Of a stretch of DNA of 64,000 bases, positions 37,351 to 46,832 are shown in pieces; positions within the stretch are counted from its first letter, which is position 1, and each line of letters begins with the position of its first letter. The stretch lies in NCBI GenBank assembly GCA_038207205.1, contig JBBRAA010000016.1:3578-67577 (forward strand). Reading direction: 5' to 3'. The translations under genes and the position numbers were made by a program. The stretch comes from Aggregatilineales bacterium (GTDB lineage: Bacteria > Chloroflexota > Anaerolineae > Aggregatilineales > Phototrophicaceae). The notes beneath the pieces were generated by a model. It was not told where the DNA came from and did not search any database. It worked only from the letters and a program-made list of their open reading frames with translations.

Positions 37351-37386
37351 AACGCAAAGGCGCTAAGGCAAAAAACAAGGCGCAAG
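37351..37386. repeat. Degenerate family 1-like repeat between convergent genes
   Basis: AACGCAAAGGCGCTAAGGC..AAGGCGCAAG, CGC(A/T)AAG 8-bp period. Confidence 0.4.
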
Positions 37387-37444
37387 ACATTAAATCATTA
37401 CGCCTTGCACTTCAACTTTCCGTCTTTACATTTATGTCTTGCCG

Positions 37445-38017
37445 TTAATTTTCTTCGGTGGCTTCGACTACATCAGGGAGAATTTCGTTGGTGGGGTCGC
37501 ACGCCAACACCCGATCAATATCGGTATGGAACAAATACTCCGAGTCGCCCGCCTGTAACAGGATGCGATAACCGGGGGTTTCCACTTCCGTGACCAGTTG
37601 ATTAGGGAGCGGGCAGCCCAGACTGCTGTCGCGCCATGTATATGCTTCAACGCTGATTGTTTGCACGCGGCGCGTAGGCAAGCCAGTTTGTTCCGCGACC
37701 AAACGCTGGGCGATAAACACGAGTTCTTCGGCAAGCGGGTCAAGCCCGAATGGAGAGTCATCAACGTCGTCGGGCGTCGGTGTCAGCGATGCATCAGCTT
37801 CGATGGTGATGAGTGCGTCGGCGGTCGCGTCGGGAGTTTCGGTCGGTGGCACGGCTGTTGGGATGGTCGTCTCGGTTGCGACGACCAATGCGACCGTCGG
37901 CACAGGGATTGCCGTAGCGGTATCGCCTGTACACCCCACCAACATCAAAATGACAAAACTCAATGATGTAGTTTGCGGTACGACGTACCAAGCCCTTCGG
38001 CGTCTGACAAGCGACAT
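37445..38017 (-). CDS. Lipoprotein with Thr/Pro linker and small Cys-containing domain
   Basis: Lipobox VILMLVG|C; WRDSSLGCP..PGYRILL..YLFHTD..C; ATG 38017 just after the DUF167 stop. Confidence 0.72.
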   Translation of the reverse strand: MSLVRRRRAWYVVPQTTSLSFVILMLVGCTGDTATAIPVPTVALVVATETTIPTAVPPTETPDATADALITIEADASLTPTPDDVDDSPFGLDPLAEELVFIAQRLVAEQTGLPTRRVQTISVEAYTWRDSSLGCPLPNQLVTEVETPGYRILLQAGDSEYLFHTDIDRVLACDPTNEILPDVVEATEEN

Positions 38018-38018
38018 G

Positions 38019-38336
38019 TTATTCTGTAGCATCCGAAAGCAGCGCGCCTTCGACTTGCGCGCTCGTCAGCCCTTCGATACTGATGATTTTGTCGCGTCCG
38101 GTCGTGCCGGCAACGATCTCGATGTGCTTGACAGGAATATCCAATTGTGCCGCAAGGAACGCGATCAGTTCACTGTTGGCGTCGGGCAAATCGGCGGCGG
38201 CGGCGCGCAGACGAATCTTGATCGCACCTTCTTGTAAACCCGCGACTTCGGTGTTGGCAGAACCCGTCAGCACGCGTACGGTGATTGCCGCGCCGCTGCG
38301 GGCATCGGTGATTTTGAAATCTCGTTTTAGTGGCAT
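38019..38336 (-). CDS. DUF167/YggU family protein
   Basis: ITVRV, AIKIRL, ANSELIAFLA, IVAGTTGRDKII pattern; position after yggT. Confidence 0.8.
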   Translation of the reverse strand: MPLKRDFKITDARSGAAITVRVLTGSANTEVAGLQEGAIKIRLRAAAADLPDANSELIAFLAAQLDIPVKHIEIVAGTTGRDKIISIEGLTSAQVEGALLSDATE

Positions 38337-38374
38337 GGCGTCGTTTCCTTAGCCGCGTTTCGCAGGCGAGGACG

Positions 38375-38411
38375 ATAAAGACGGGCTGTTTTTCCAACAA
38401 TCCGTCTTTAT
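38375..38411 (-). terminator. Stem-loop between yggT and DUF167
   Basis: ATAAAGACGG...CCGTCTTTAT 10-bp stem with inner TGTT/AACA. Confidence 0.4.
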
Positions 38412-38429
38412 TTTATCACACCCTAGCGC

Positions 38430-38675
38430 TTAACGCAGAATGTTTGAGATCACCGAAATTACGATGATCACGATCAATGGGCTGAGATCCATCATGCCGG
38501 TTTGCGGAAGCAAATTGCGAATCGGCGCTAATACCGGCTCAGTCACGTCGAAGACCAGTTTAATCAGCGGATTACTGCGATCCACGTTTGGGAACCAGCT
38601 CAGCAGCACCCGCGCCAACACGACAAACTGGAATAATTGCAATACCAAGACAATTGCACCGGTGAAAGTATTCAT
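38430..38675 (-). CDS. yggT: YggT/YlmG family membrane protein
   Basis: ARVLLSWFP..VTEPVLAPIRNLLPQTGMMDLSPLI; start reassigned to ATG 38675. Confidence 0.88.
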   Translation of the reverse strand: MNTFTGAIVLVLQLFQFVVLARVLLSWFPNVDRSNPLIKLVFDVTEPVLAPIRNLLPQTGMMDLSPLIVIIVISVISNILR

Positions 38676-38691
38676 TGTAACGTCCTGTCCT

Positions 38692-39426
38692 TTACGTTTT
38701 GTCCATTGTCCGACGATCTCCAAAAATTGCGCGCCCTACACGAATGCAGGTCGCGCCCTCTTGAATCGCTATCGGGTAATCATCGGTCATTCCCATGCTC
38801 AGTTCCGGCAGCTCGACGCCAATATCAGCGCGCAACGCGTCACGTAATTCACGTAGTCCCGCGAACACGGGGCGCGTCGCTTCCATATCCTCGACAATCG
38901 GCGCCATCGTCATCAAGCCGCGTATGACTACGCGCGGCATGGCTGTGATTTGACGGATTTCTTCGACCAATCGTGTACGCATTGACCTATCGTGTTCCCA
39001 TCCATGCGCCGCGAAACCCGACTTGCTCTCTTCGCCGCTCACGTTGATCTCCAGATAGACGCCAATCGGATGCTCGCCTTCGACCGCTGCTGCTAATTTA
39101 GCGGCTAGCTTCAGGCTGTCCACACTGTGCACGACCTGAAACAGATGCGCGACTTCTTTGGCTTTACGACTTTGTATATGCCCGATCATGTGCCATATCA
39201 ATGGCGTATCGAACGCGACAGTCACCGCCGGAATTTTGATGGTGCTTTCTTCTACGCGATTTTCGCCAAAATGTTGCACACCTGCCGCTGCTGCTTCTAT
39301 GACTGCCGCCGCCGAATGTGTCTTGCTCACGGCGACCAATATAACGTCTGTCGGGTTGCGCCCAACTTGAGCACACGCCACCGCAATTTGTTCTCTTACG
39401 CGCTCGATATTTTCAGCAATCGTCAT
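38692..39426 (-). CDS. yggS: YggS/PLPBP pyridoxal phosphate homeostasis protein
   Basis: LVAVSKT (PLP Lys), FGENRVEE, WHMIGHIQSRK, GLMTMAP, LSMGMTDD, GATCIRVGRAIFG. Confidence 0.95.
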   Translation of the reverse strand: MTIAENIERVREQIAVACAQVGRNPTDVILVAVSKTHSAAAVIEAAAAGVQHFGENRVEESTIKIPAVTVAFDTPLIWHMIGHIQSRKAKEVAHLFQVVHSVDSLKLAAKLAAAVEGEHPIGVYLEINVSGEESKSGFAAHGWEHDRSMRTRLVEEIRQITAMPRVVIRGLMTMAPIVEDMEATRPVFAGLRELRDALRADIGVELPELSMGMTDDYPIAIQEGATCIRVGRAIFGDRRTMDKT

Positions 39427-39434
39427 TGGTTTTT

Positions 39435-39457
39435 CTTCGCGACTTCGCGCTTTTGCG
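39435..39457. repeat. Family 1-like repeat, intergenic
   Basis: CTTCGCGACTTCGCGCTTTTGCG, 8-bp period. Confidence 0.4.
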
Positions 39458-39475
39458 ATTTATATTTGTTCTACT

Positions 39476-40255
39476 TTAGGTCATGCAAATGACCGCGCCG
39501 AACCGCCCTGTTTTGCCTTTTTCCGCGCGATGCGAGAAAAATTCGTCGGTTCGCTGCGCCGTACAAATATCGGTGATTTCAATCTGCTCGACCCCTACAT
39601 GCTGAAGATCGCGCGCGTTCGCTGCCCATAAATCAAAATACGATGTGCCATCAGTCGGGTCGATTCGTACCAGTCCGTCGATATCGCCAAAATACGCATG
39701 CGCCGCATCGATCACTTCTGCGCCGACCTGATACCGTTCGACGCTGATCGAAGGACCAATGCCCGCGACGATGTTTACGGGCTTACATCCATATGTTTTC
39801 ATCATCGCGCCGATAATACCCGCTGCCATTCCTTTGACTGTGCCGCGCCACCCCGCGTGTGCCATGCCGATCACGCCTTGCACCGGGTCATGCAGCAGTA
39901 TTGGTGTACAATCCGCGAAGCGCATCGATAATGATGTATCGTATCGATCCGTGATCATTCCGTCAGCATGAATAAAACTCGTTTGTTCACGCACCGAGCG
40001 ATCCGCAATCACAACCTCAACGCCGTGAACTTGCCACACGCTGCACGAACGGGCGTCATCGACGCCGAGCGCGTCATACATACGCATGTGATTTTCACGC
40101 ACGCACGTCGGGTCATCACCGACACTGCCACCCAGATTGAGTGAGTCGAATGGTGCAGCGCTCACGCCGCCCAAGCGCGTGAACACGCCGTGTGTAACCC
40201 CATTCAACCGCTCGAATTGATAATAGGTTAAACCATTACATTCGAATCGCTGCAC
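39476..40255 (-). CDS. pgeF: PgeF/YlmD (DUF152) purine nucleoside phosphorylase/laccase-like protein
   Basis: TRLGGVS, QVHG, ADG, FADCTPILL, HAGWRG, IGPSI, CT, FFSHR; GTG start after CAAGGGG. Confidence 0.92.
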   Translation of the reverse strand: MQRFECNGLTYYQFERLNGVTHGVFTRLGGVSAAPFDSLNLGGSVGDDPTCVRENHMRMYDALGVDDARSCSVWQVHGVEVVIADRSVREQTSFIHADGMITDRYDTSLSMRFADCTPILLHDPVQGVIGMAHAGWRGTVKGMAAGIIGAMMKTYGCKPVNIVAGIGPSISVERYQVGAEVIDAAHAYFGDIDGLVRIDPTDGTSYFDLWAANARDLQHVGVEQIEITDICTAQRTDEFFSHRAEKGKTGRFGAVICMT

Positions 40256-40284
40256 AAATGCCCCTTGTTTTTTGGTATCGTTGG

Positions 40285-40313
40285 TTTACATCGTTTCATA
40301 ATAGCGTTATACT
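40285..40313 (+). promoter_or_regulatory. Candidate sigma70-type promoter for degU-degS
   Basis: TTTACA-N17-TATACT. Confidence 0.55.
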
Positions 40314-40489
40314 CGGATTGGTTTGGTACTAATGTCCTTCTCATACGAGAAAGACGTTTACAAATTTAAGAAAATTGATACATCACGATATGCTTACGCA
40401 TGATCAACTCGACATCAATTACGATCATTGCAGTCCGTGACAGCGGAAACAAGCCCCATCTCGTATGGGCACGTGGAGATTGAGGAATC

Positions 40490-41221
40490 ATGAACGAACG
40501 TGAACGGGGACGCGCCGACAAAATTCACCTGATGATCGTCGATGATCATCAGCTTGTGCGCGATGGCATCAAAAGAACGTTGGAATTTGAAGACGATATT
40601 GAGGTGATTGCAGAATGCAACGATGGCGAAAGCGCGGTACGTGTAGCGGCGCAGCGCAAGCCCGATGTTGTGATTCTCGATGTCAACCTGCCTGTCGTCA
40701 ACGGTTTACAGGTCGCCAAGCATCTGCGCGCCAACCATGAACGGCTCGCGATCATTGTTTTGACGGGCTACGATGATATTGGTCAGGTGCTGCACGCCCT
40801 AAAAGCGGGCGCACAGGCATACTGTCGTAAAGATATGCCGCCAGATCAATTAATTCAAACGATTCGAGATGTGGCGCGCGGCTACTATGTGATCGAAAAT
40901 AAACGCATGGATACGCGCGAGGTACAGGCGTGGTATCAGCAAAAAGTTCAAGAGACCGCCGGGACATATGCCTCAGAAACGCAAGAAGCCTATGGCAATC
41001 TCAGCCCGCGCGAGATGGAAATTCTAAAATGTGTCACCAATGGACAGAGCAATAAAGAGATCGCACGCCGCTTGAAAATCAGCCAGCAAACAGTCAAGAA
41101 TCATATGACATCGATTTTGAAAAAGCTGAACGTCCAGGATCGTACTCAAGCCGCTGTTATGGCATTGAATCGTGGTTGGGTGCGCGTCGAAAGCGAAAAA
41201 TCGAGTAACGGCAAAGTTTAA
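40490..41221 (+). CDS. NarL/LuxR-family response regulator, DegU-like
   Basis: IVDDHQLVRDG, VILDVNLP, VLTG, YCRKD; LuxR HTH LSPREMEILKCVTNGQSNKEIARRLKISQQTVKNH. Confidence 0.92.
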   Translation: MNERERGRADKIHLMIVDDHQLVRDGIKRTLEFEDDIEVIAECNDGESAVRVAAQRKPDVVILDVNLPVVNGLQVAKHLRANHERLAIIVLTGYDDIGQVLHALKAGAQAYCRKDMPPDQLIQTIRDVARGYYVIENKRMDTREVQAWYQQKVQETAGTYASETQEAYGNLSPREMEILKCVTNGQSNKEIARRLKISQQTVKNHMTSILKKLNVQDRTQAAVMALNRGWVRVESEKSSNGKV

Positions 41222-41241
41222 TCTGCAAAGGACTCACAATC

Positions 41242-42330
41242 ATGGTCGAATATCGCAGCGAATCAACCAGAGCGAAAGACGAACTGATCGAAGTGATCAC
41301 CCAACAAATGAAAACGGTTCGCAACAAGTTGACTGAATTGAAATTGCAAATCGATCAGACACAAATCATTATCGACCGTGAGCAAACGCGCAACGCCGAT
41401 GTCGCCAGTGAACTGCGCACGATTCAAGACAACATCGAAACCGTGCCGCGCCAAGATATTCGCGTCAAATATGACGAAGCCTTAGAAGCGCGTTTTCGCT
41501 TGACAACCATGCGCGGACAAATGGAAAAGTTCCAATCGACACGCGGTTCGCTCGAAGAACAACAGCAGTTGATGTCGGCGATCCTCAACAAAATGCAGGG
41601 TGTCGATATAATGGCGGCGACCAACGCACCTACCGAAGGCGGCACGGGCGGTAAGACCATCAACGTCGTCCGTATCATTCAAGCCCAGGAAGACGAACGT
41701 CAGCGCCTTGCCCGACAGATGCACGATGGACCCGCCCAATCACTGACCAACTTCATTTTGCAGAGCGAAATTTGTCAGCGCTTGTTCGACCGTAACCCAG
41801 CACGCGCCGCCGAAGAACTCGTTAACCTTAAAACAGTCGCCAGCGTTACGTTTCAAAAAGTGCGCGACTTTATCTTCGACTTGCGCCCAATGATGCTGGA
41901 TGATCTTGGCATCGTGCCGACCGTACGCCGCTACGTCGAAGCATTCCGCGAGAAAAATGACCTCAACGTCAAACTGGATATTTTGGGCGAAGAACGACGT
42001 TTGCAAATTCACCGCGAAGTCACCATTTTTCGCGGCATTCAGGAATTAATGGGCTATGCCCGCGATTATGCGAACGCCAACGAACTGACGATTCGGCTCG
42101 ATTTGAGCGGCACACGTATCAAGATTAGCGTTGAAGACAACGGGCGCGGCTTTGACGCGAACGCAGCATTTAGCGGCGAAGACGGACATCAGGACGTGCG
42201 CGTTTCTGGATTGATCACCTTACGCGAAAAGTTCGAGTTGATCGGTGGATCGATGCAAGTATTGAGCAGCGCCGAAGCCGAAGGCACATCAGTACGCCTG
42301 GAACTGCCCGAATCCGACGATATGATGTAA
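41242..42330 (+). CDS. DegS-like soluble HisKA_3 kinase with degenerate N-box
   Basis: N-terminal coiled coil, no TM; EDERQRLARQMHDGPAQSLTN, FDLRPMMLDDLG, EDNGRGF. Confidence 0.85.
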   Translation: MVEYRSESTRAKDELIEVITQQMKTVRNKLTELKLQIDQTQIIIDREQTRNADVASELRTIQDNIETVPRQDIRVKYDEALEARFRLTTMRGQMEKFQSTRGSLEEQQQLMSAILNKMQGVDIMAATNAPTEGGTGGKTINVVRIIQAQEDERQRLARQMHDGPAQSLTNFILQSEICQRLFDRNPARAAEELVNLKTVASVTFQKVRDFIFDLRPMMLDDLGIVPTVRRYVEAFREKNDLNVKLDILGEERRLQIHREVTIFRGIQELMGYARDYANANELTIRLDLSGTRIKISVEDNGRGFDANAAFSGEDGHQDVRVSGLITLREKFELIGGSMQVLSSAEAEGTSVRLELPESDDMM

Positions 42331-42379
42331 CGATTCGTCAACATGTGTTCCCGTTGGGTACACAGGACGTTAGACCTGT

Positions 42380-42407
42380 TTGACAATCGAGTACGAATGT
42401 TTACACT
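42380..42407 (+). promoter_or_regulatory. Candidate sigma70-type promoter for the tad assembly genes
   Basis: TTGACA-N16-TACACT, 84 bp upstream of cpaB. Confidence 0.5.
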
Positions 42408-42490
42408 AGGGTCACACAAGAACCAGTACAATTGAACATGCGCGTCGTGTGCGGACAGTTGTTGACCGCGCAGCCGAACGGAGGGAATTG

Positions 42491-43606
42491 ATGAGTCGTT
42501 TGCGGATATTTTTGTTGATCGCCATTCTGGTGTTAGTGGTCGCCGTTGTGGCAGTCTTTGTTATACCCAGCCTTACCCCTGCGCCCGCGCCTGCTGTCGT
42601 ACAAGGCACAGATAGCGCAACCGCAGTCCCCGCAGAACCAGAAGGAACACCAATCCCGACGGCAACGCCGATCTTGTTCGTCGATCTCGTGCTGGCGGTG
42701 CAAGACCTGCCACGCGGTTTCCGCATCACACCCAATGCGGTCGTGCTGCGTCAGTGGCCCGAAGCATCGGCGCCTTTCAATGCTATCACCAGCCTCGAAG
42801 ATGTTGTCAATAAGATCGCCCGCACGGATATTTTCCGCGAGCAGCCGATTTTGACCAACATGGTCGTCGATGACATTCTCGATTTGGCACGTGTCGGCTC
42901 GGATGTCGCGGCGATTTTGCCCGAAGGTCTGGTCGCCGTCTCGCTGCCAGTCGACCGACTGACGGGCGTCGCCAACGGTATTCAAGATGGTGACCACGTC
43001 GATTTGATCATTTCGTTGTTATTTGTCGAAGTCGATGAAGACTTTCAATCACTATCGCCAAACCGCCTGACACTCTTCAGTCGTGCCGAAGACGGTACGA
43101 TTGAACTGCAAGAAGGCATCGAAGGACGCCCAGACCAATCAGCGTTAGGACCCGTCATCGTCGGTCCATCCGAACGTCAACGCCCGCGTCTGGTGACACA
43201 ACGTACCATTCAAGATGCAATTGTCCTTCATGTCGGCAACTTCCCGGCAGATGGTCGTTACATCGGCATCCCTACCCCGACGCCCGTCCCGCCATCCGAT
43301 AACCCAGATGAGGAATCGACGCCAGTGCCACCGACGCCGACACCCGCCCGTGATATTGTCACGCTGGGCATCACGCCTCAGGATGCAGTCACATTGACGT
43401 GGTATATTGAAGCACGCGTGCCCGTCTCACTCGCGATCCGCGCTGTCAATGACACCTCGCGCACATCGACAAGCGCAGTTACGCTTGATTACGTCATGAC
43501 CACTTATGGAATTGAACTGCCGGGCAAACTCCCCTACACGATTGAACCCGCCGTTCGCAGCATTCGTCAGTTGGTTGCCGAAAACCAAATCACGTTGGGC
43601 GAATAA
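42491..43606 (+). CDS. cpaB: Flp pilus assembly protein CpaB/RcpC
   Basis: GAGG RBS and ATG 42491; N-terminal TM; SAF domain VLAVQDLPRG..IARTDIFREQPI; VAVSLPVDRLTGVANGIQDGDHVDLI; VTLGITPQDA. Confidence 0.85.
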   Translation: MSRLRIFLLIAILVLVVAVVAVFVIPSLTPAPAPAVVQGTDSATAVPAEPEGTPIPTATPILFVDLVLAVQDLPRGFRITPNAVVLRQWPEASAPFNAITSLEDVVNKIARTDIFREQPILTNMVVDDILDLARVGSDVAAILPEGLVAVSLPVDRLTGVANGIQDGDHVDLIISLLFVEVDEDFQSLSPNRLTLFSRAEDGTIELQEGIEGRPDQSALGPVIVGPSERQRPRLVTQRTIQDAIVLHVGNFPADGRYIGIPTPTPVPPSDNPDEESTPVPPTPTPARDIVTLGITPQDAVTLTWYIEARVPVSLAIRAVNDTSRTSTSAVTLDYVMTTYGIELPGKLPYTIEPAVRSIRQLVAENQITLGE

Positions 43607-43626
43607 CCGTCGCCAATTTGATGAAT

Positions 43627-43660
43627 AGGGGCATGGTGGATTTTCTTCACCATGCCCTTT
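43627..43660 (+). terminator. Strong stem-loop between cpaB and cpaE
   Basis: GGGCATGGTG/CACCATGCCC 10-bp stem extended by GU and AU pairs, followed by TTTCGCCTTTT. Confidence 0.55.
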
Positions 43661-43764
43661 CGCCTTTTAACACGTTATCAGGATTTATTGTTACTGGGTG
43701 GTAATTTTGCCGCCCGCCCAAGTGAACCATGATTGGAAAATAGTCAGACGATAGAGAGCAATGT

Positions 43765-45114
43765 ATGCTGAACAGAGGCGGTAACGTTCCTTCCGAAAGC
43801 AAAAGCCAGATCAGCGTCCTGCTTGTGGACGACATCCCCGAAACGCGCGAAAACATCAAGAAACTGCTGGCATTCGAAGAACAGGAATTTCGCGTGGTTG
43901 GCTCGGTCGGCACCGGGCGTGAGGCACTAAAAGCGGCGCAGGAAACGCGCCCAGATATTATCATTATGGACATCAATATGCCGGATATGGACGGCATTGC
44001 GGCGACCACCGAAATCACCAAAGCCGTGCCAACATCAGGCGTAATTATGATGTCGGTCAACAATGATGCTGATTATTTGCGCCGCGCCATGCAGGCGGGC
44101 GCGCGCAACTTTCTGACCAAGCCCATCGACCCGGACGAGTTGTATAACACCATCCGTGCTGTGTATCGCAGCTATGATGCGATCCGCAATCAGCAGCGCG
44201 TCATGATGGATTTGCCCGTCGATGTGCGTCAGCCCATCAAGCCCGCGGCGAACGGGGATGGTGAAATCCGTCCCGGTCATGTCCTCGTCGTGTATAGCCC
44301 ACAAGGGGGCGCCGGCTGCACGACTATTGCCACCAACCTGGCGAGCGGCTTGATGAAGAAAAATATCAAGGTGCTGCTGGTGGATGCCGATTTGCAGTTC
44401 GGTGACATCGGCGTATTTTTGAAAGTTCAGTCACAATCCAACCTGATCGATTTGGTGAACAAAGTCGATGACCTGGACACCGACTTTTTCGACTCGGTTG
44501 TCAGCAATCACGACAGCGGTTTGAAAATCCTCTTAGGACCGCAACGCCCTGAATTTGCCGAAGAAATCGAAGCGAACCCGACCGCCGTCGCCCGTATCAT
44601 CGAAAAAGTCGCCAACAGCTACGATTTTATCGTCGTCGATACCGGGCGTCACCTTGATGAAACGCTGCTTTCGCTAACAGACATTGCTACGCGCATCATC
44701 ATGGTATTGACGCCGACGCTTTCAGCAGTCAAAAATACCAAATTCATGCTCGACTTGTTCGACAAACTGAATTACCCGCTGGAGAAAACCTCGCTGGTAC
44801 TCAACCGCGTCGAAGATGAGCGCGCGCGTAACCGCGTTACTTTAGCGACGGAAAGCATCGAGAAATTTCTCAAGCGTCCTATCGAAGCGAAAATTCCGGA
44901 TAGTCAATCGACTGTTTTAAGCGCCGTCATGAAAGGCGTTCCGGCGGTTGCCGTCAACAAAGCGGATCGTACCAAGCCCGTTGTCAAAGAACTGCTTGAT
45001 TACTCTGACTCGCTGTTCAACGCGTTGATGGGGTCGCAAGGAATCGCCAAAGATGAAGAAGACGACGATAAAAATAAGAAAAAACAAGGTCTAGGGCTGC
45101 GACGCGACAAATAA
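43765..45114 (+). CDS. cpaE: CpaE/TadZ: receiver domain plus MinD/ParA-like ATPase
   Basis: LLVDD, IIMDINMPDMDG, FLTKP; deviant Walker A SPQGGAGCTT, LLVDADLQFGD, FIVVDTG, LVLNR. Confidence 0.88.
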   Translation: MLNRGGNVPSESKSQISVLLVDDIPETRENIKKLLAFEEQEFRVVGSVGTGREALKAAQETRPDIIIMDINMPDMDGIAATTEITKAVPTSGVIMMSVNNDADYLRRAMQAGARNFLTKPIDPDELYNTIRAVYRSYDAIRNQQRVMMDLPVDVRQPIKPAANGDGEIRPGHVLVVYSPQGGAGCTTIATNLASGLMKKNIKVLLVDADLQFGDIGVFLKVQSQSNLIDLVNKVDDLDTDFFDSVVSNHDSGLKILLGPQRPEFAEEIEANPTAVARIIEKVANSYDFIVVDTGRHLDETLLSLTDIATRIIMVLTPTLSAVKNTKFMLDLFDKLNYPLEKTSLVLNRVEDERARNRVTLATESIEKFLKRPIEAKIPDSQSTVLSAVMKGVPAVAVNKADRTKPVVKELLDYSDSLFNALMGSQGIAKDEEDDDKNKKKQGLGLRRDK

Positions 45115-45147
45115 CAGTTGGGTATCAAAATCCCAACCCCGCCTGCA

Positions 45148-45177
45148 TTGACGCGCCACGCAATTTCGTCGTATTGT
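45148..45177 (+). promoter_or_regulatory. Possible internal promoter before cpaF
   Basis: TTGACG-N18-TATTGT. Confidence 0.3.
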
Positions 45178-45222
45178 AAATAATCATATCACCCGCCCTA
45201 TCGAGCAGTTTGGAGTTAAGCG

Positions 45223-46695
45223 ATGTCATCACTACTCAATCGCATTCAAAAAGGTGGAAATTCGAGCGGCGGCTCTGGTGGCAATGGGGGCGACCAGGAA
45301 CCACCCAATCGAAATTCTTCCACCAGTCCATTGGCGGAATCGGGCACGGGCGGGGCGGACGAATCTCGTCTTTCTGCCATGCGTATGCGTAATCAGGCGG
45401 TCGCCGGTCGTCAAGGCAGTGGCACGCGCGATAACACCTATGTCGATTTGAAGACCCGCGTGCAAAATCGGTTGCTTTCAGAACTCGATCAATCCATGGA
45501 CCTGAGCCGTAAACAGGAAGTCCGCGCGCACATCGAAGAATTGTTCAATGCCGTCCTTGCAGAAGAAAGCATGGTGTTGGCACGTGCCGAACGGCAACGT
45601 TTGTTCGAGTCGATTGTCGCTGAAATTATGGGTTTTGGACCGCTCGAACCGTTGTTGGCAGATGAAACCATCACCGAAATCATGGTGAATGGTCCGAAGA
45701 ATATCTTCGTCGAACGCAAAGGCAATATCTCGCGTGCCAACGTCGCGTTTGAAGATGACGACCATGTTATGCGTATTCTAGATCGGATCGTCGCCCCGCT
45801 CGGTCGTCGCGTTGACGAACAATCACCGATGGTTGACGCTCGTTTGCCCGATGGATCGCGTGTGAACGCCATCATCCGTCCAATCTCGCTGGTAGGTCCG
45901 ACGATCACCATCCGCAAATTCTTCAAGAAACCACTTTCTGTCGAAGACTTGATCGCCTACGGAACGATCTCGCGCGAAATGATCGAATTCTTGCGCGCTT
46001 GTATCATCTCGCGCTTGAATCTGGTGGTATCCGGTGGTACGGGGTCTGGCAAAACCACACTCCTTAATATTCTGTCGGGTTTCATCCCCAATGACGAACG
46101 TATCGTCACGATAGAAAACGCCGCCGAATTACAGCTCCGTCAGGAACATGTCATCACGCTGGAAACGCGCCCACCGAACATCGAAGGCAAAGGACAGGTC
46201 AGTATTCAAGACCTGGTCGTCAACAGCTTGCGTATGCGCCCTGACCGTATCGTCGTCGGAGAATGCCGGAGCGGCGAAGCGCTCGACATGCTCCAAGCAA
46301 TGAACACTGGTCACGACGGTTCGCTGACTACCCTGCACAGCAACAGCCCACGCGATACGATTGCGCGCCTCGAAGTGATGTGCTTGATGGCAGGCATGGA
46401 CTTACCCGTGCGCGCCATCCGCGAACAGATTGCCAGTGCGGTCGATGTCATCTGCCATCAGGAACGTTTGCGCGACGGTACACGCAAGGTTGTTAAAATC
46501 ACCGAAGTACAAGGCATGGAAGGTGATATGATCACGATGTCTGACATTTTTGAATATGAACAGACGGGCGTTGAAGGTGGCAAAATCGTCGGTCGTTTGC
46601 GCCCGACTGGCATCCGTCCGAAGTTCACCGACCGGATCGAATCAGCGGGCATCTACCTGCCGCCGTCCGTGTTCGGCGTTGGACGCACGTACTAA
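45223..46695 (+). CDS. cpaF: CpaF/TadA pilus assembly ATPase
   Basis: [25 protein letters not shown], Walker [41 protein letters not shown]. Confidence 0.95.
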   Translation: MSSLLNRIQKGGNSSGGSGGNGGDQEPPNRNSSTSPLAESGTGGADESRLSAMRMRNQAVAGRQGSGTRDNTYVDLKTRVQNRLLSELDQSMDLSRKQEVRAHIEELFNAVLAEESMVLARAERQRLFESIVAEIMGFGPLEPLLADETITEIMVNGPKNIFVERKGNISRANVAFEDDDHVMRILDRIVAPLGRRVDEQSPMVDARLPDGSRVNAIIRPISLVGPTITIRKFFKKPLSVEDLIAYGTISREMIEFLRACIISRLNLVVSGGTGSGKTTLLNILSGFIPNDERIVTIENAAELQLRQEHVITLETRPPNIEGKGQVSIQDLVVNSLRMRPDRIVVGECRSGEALDMLQAMNTGHDGSLTTLHSNSPRDTIARLEVMCLMAGMDLPVRAIREQIASAVDVICHQERLRDGTRKVVKITEVQGMEGDMITMSDIFEYEQTGVEGGKIVGRLRPTGIRPKFTDRIESAGIYLPPSVFGVGRTY

Positions 46696-46832
46696 ATCTA
46701 ACGGACGCTCAAGCGGCGTAATATGAATATGGCAGCGCCATCGCCATTCGTAAGAACCAACATCCAGGGGTGCGCTTTGACGGGCTCGCCCCTGGCAAAC
46801 AAGCAGTTCGTTTTAGAGAAAGTGGTGGGGTC

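Noticed and set aside
38725-38765. CGCCCTAC REP-like end inside yggS
   Set aside because: Explained by codons for the conserved GATCIRVGRAIFG motif
42343-42435. 30-codon ORF upstream of cpaB as a possible Flp pilin
   Set aside because: MCSRWVHRTLDLFDNRVRMFTLGSHKNQYN has no G|xxxxEY motif or hydrophobic helix, and it overlaps the predicted promoter
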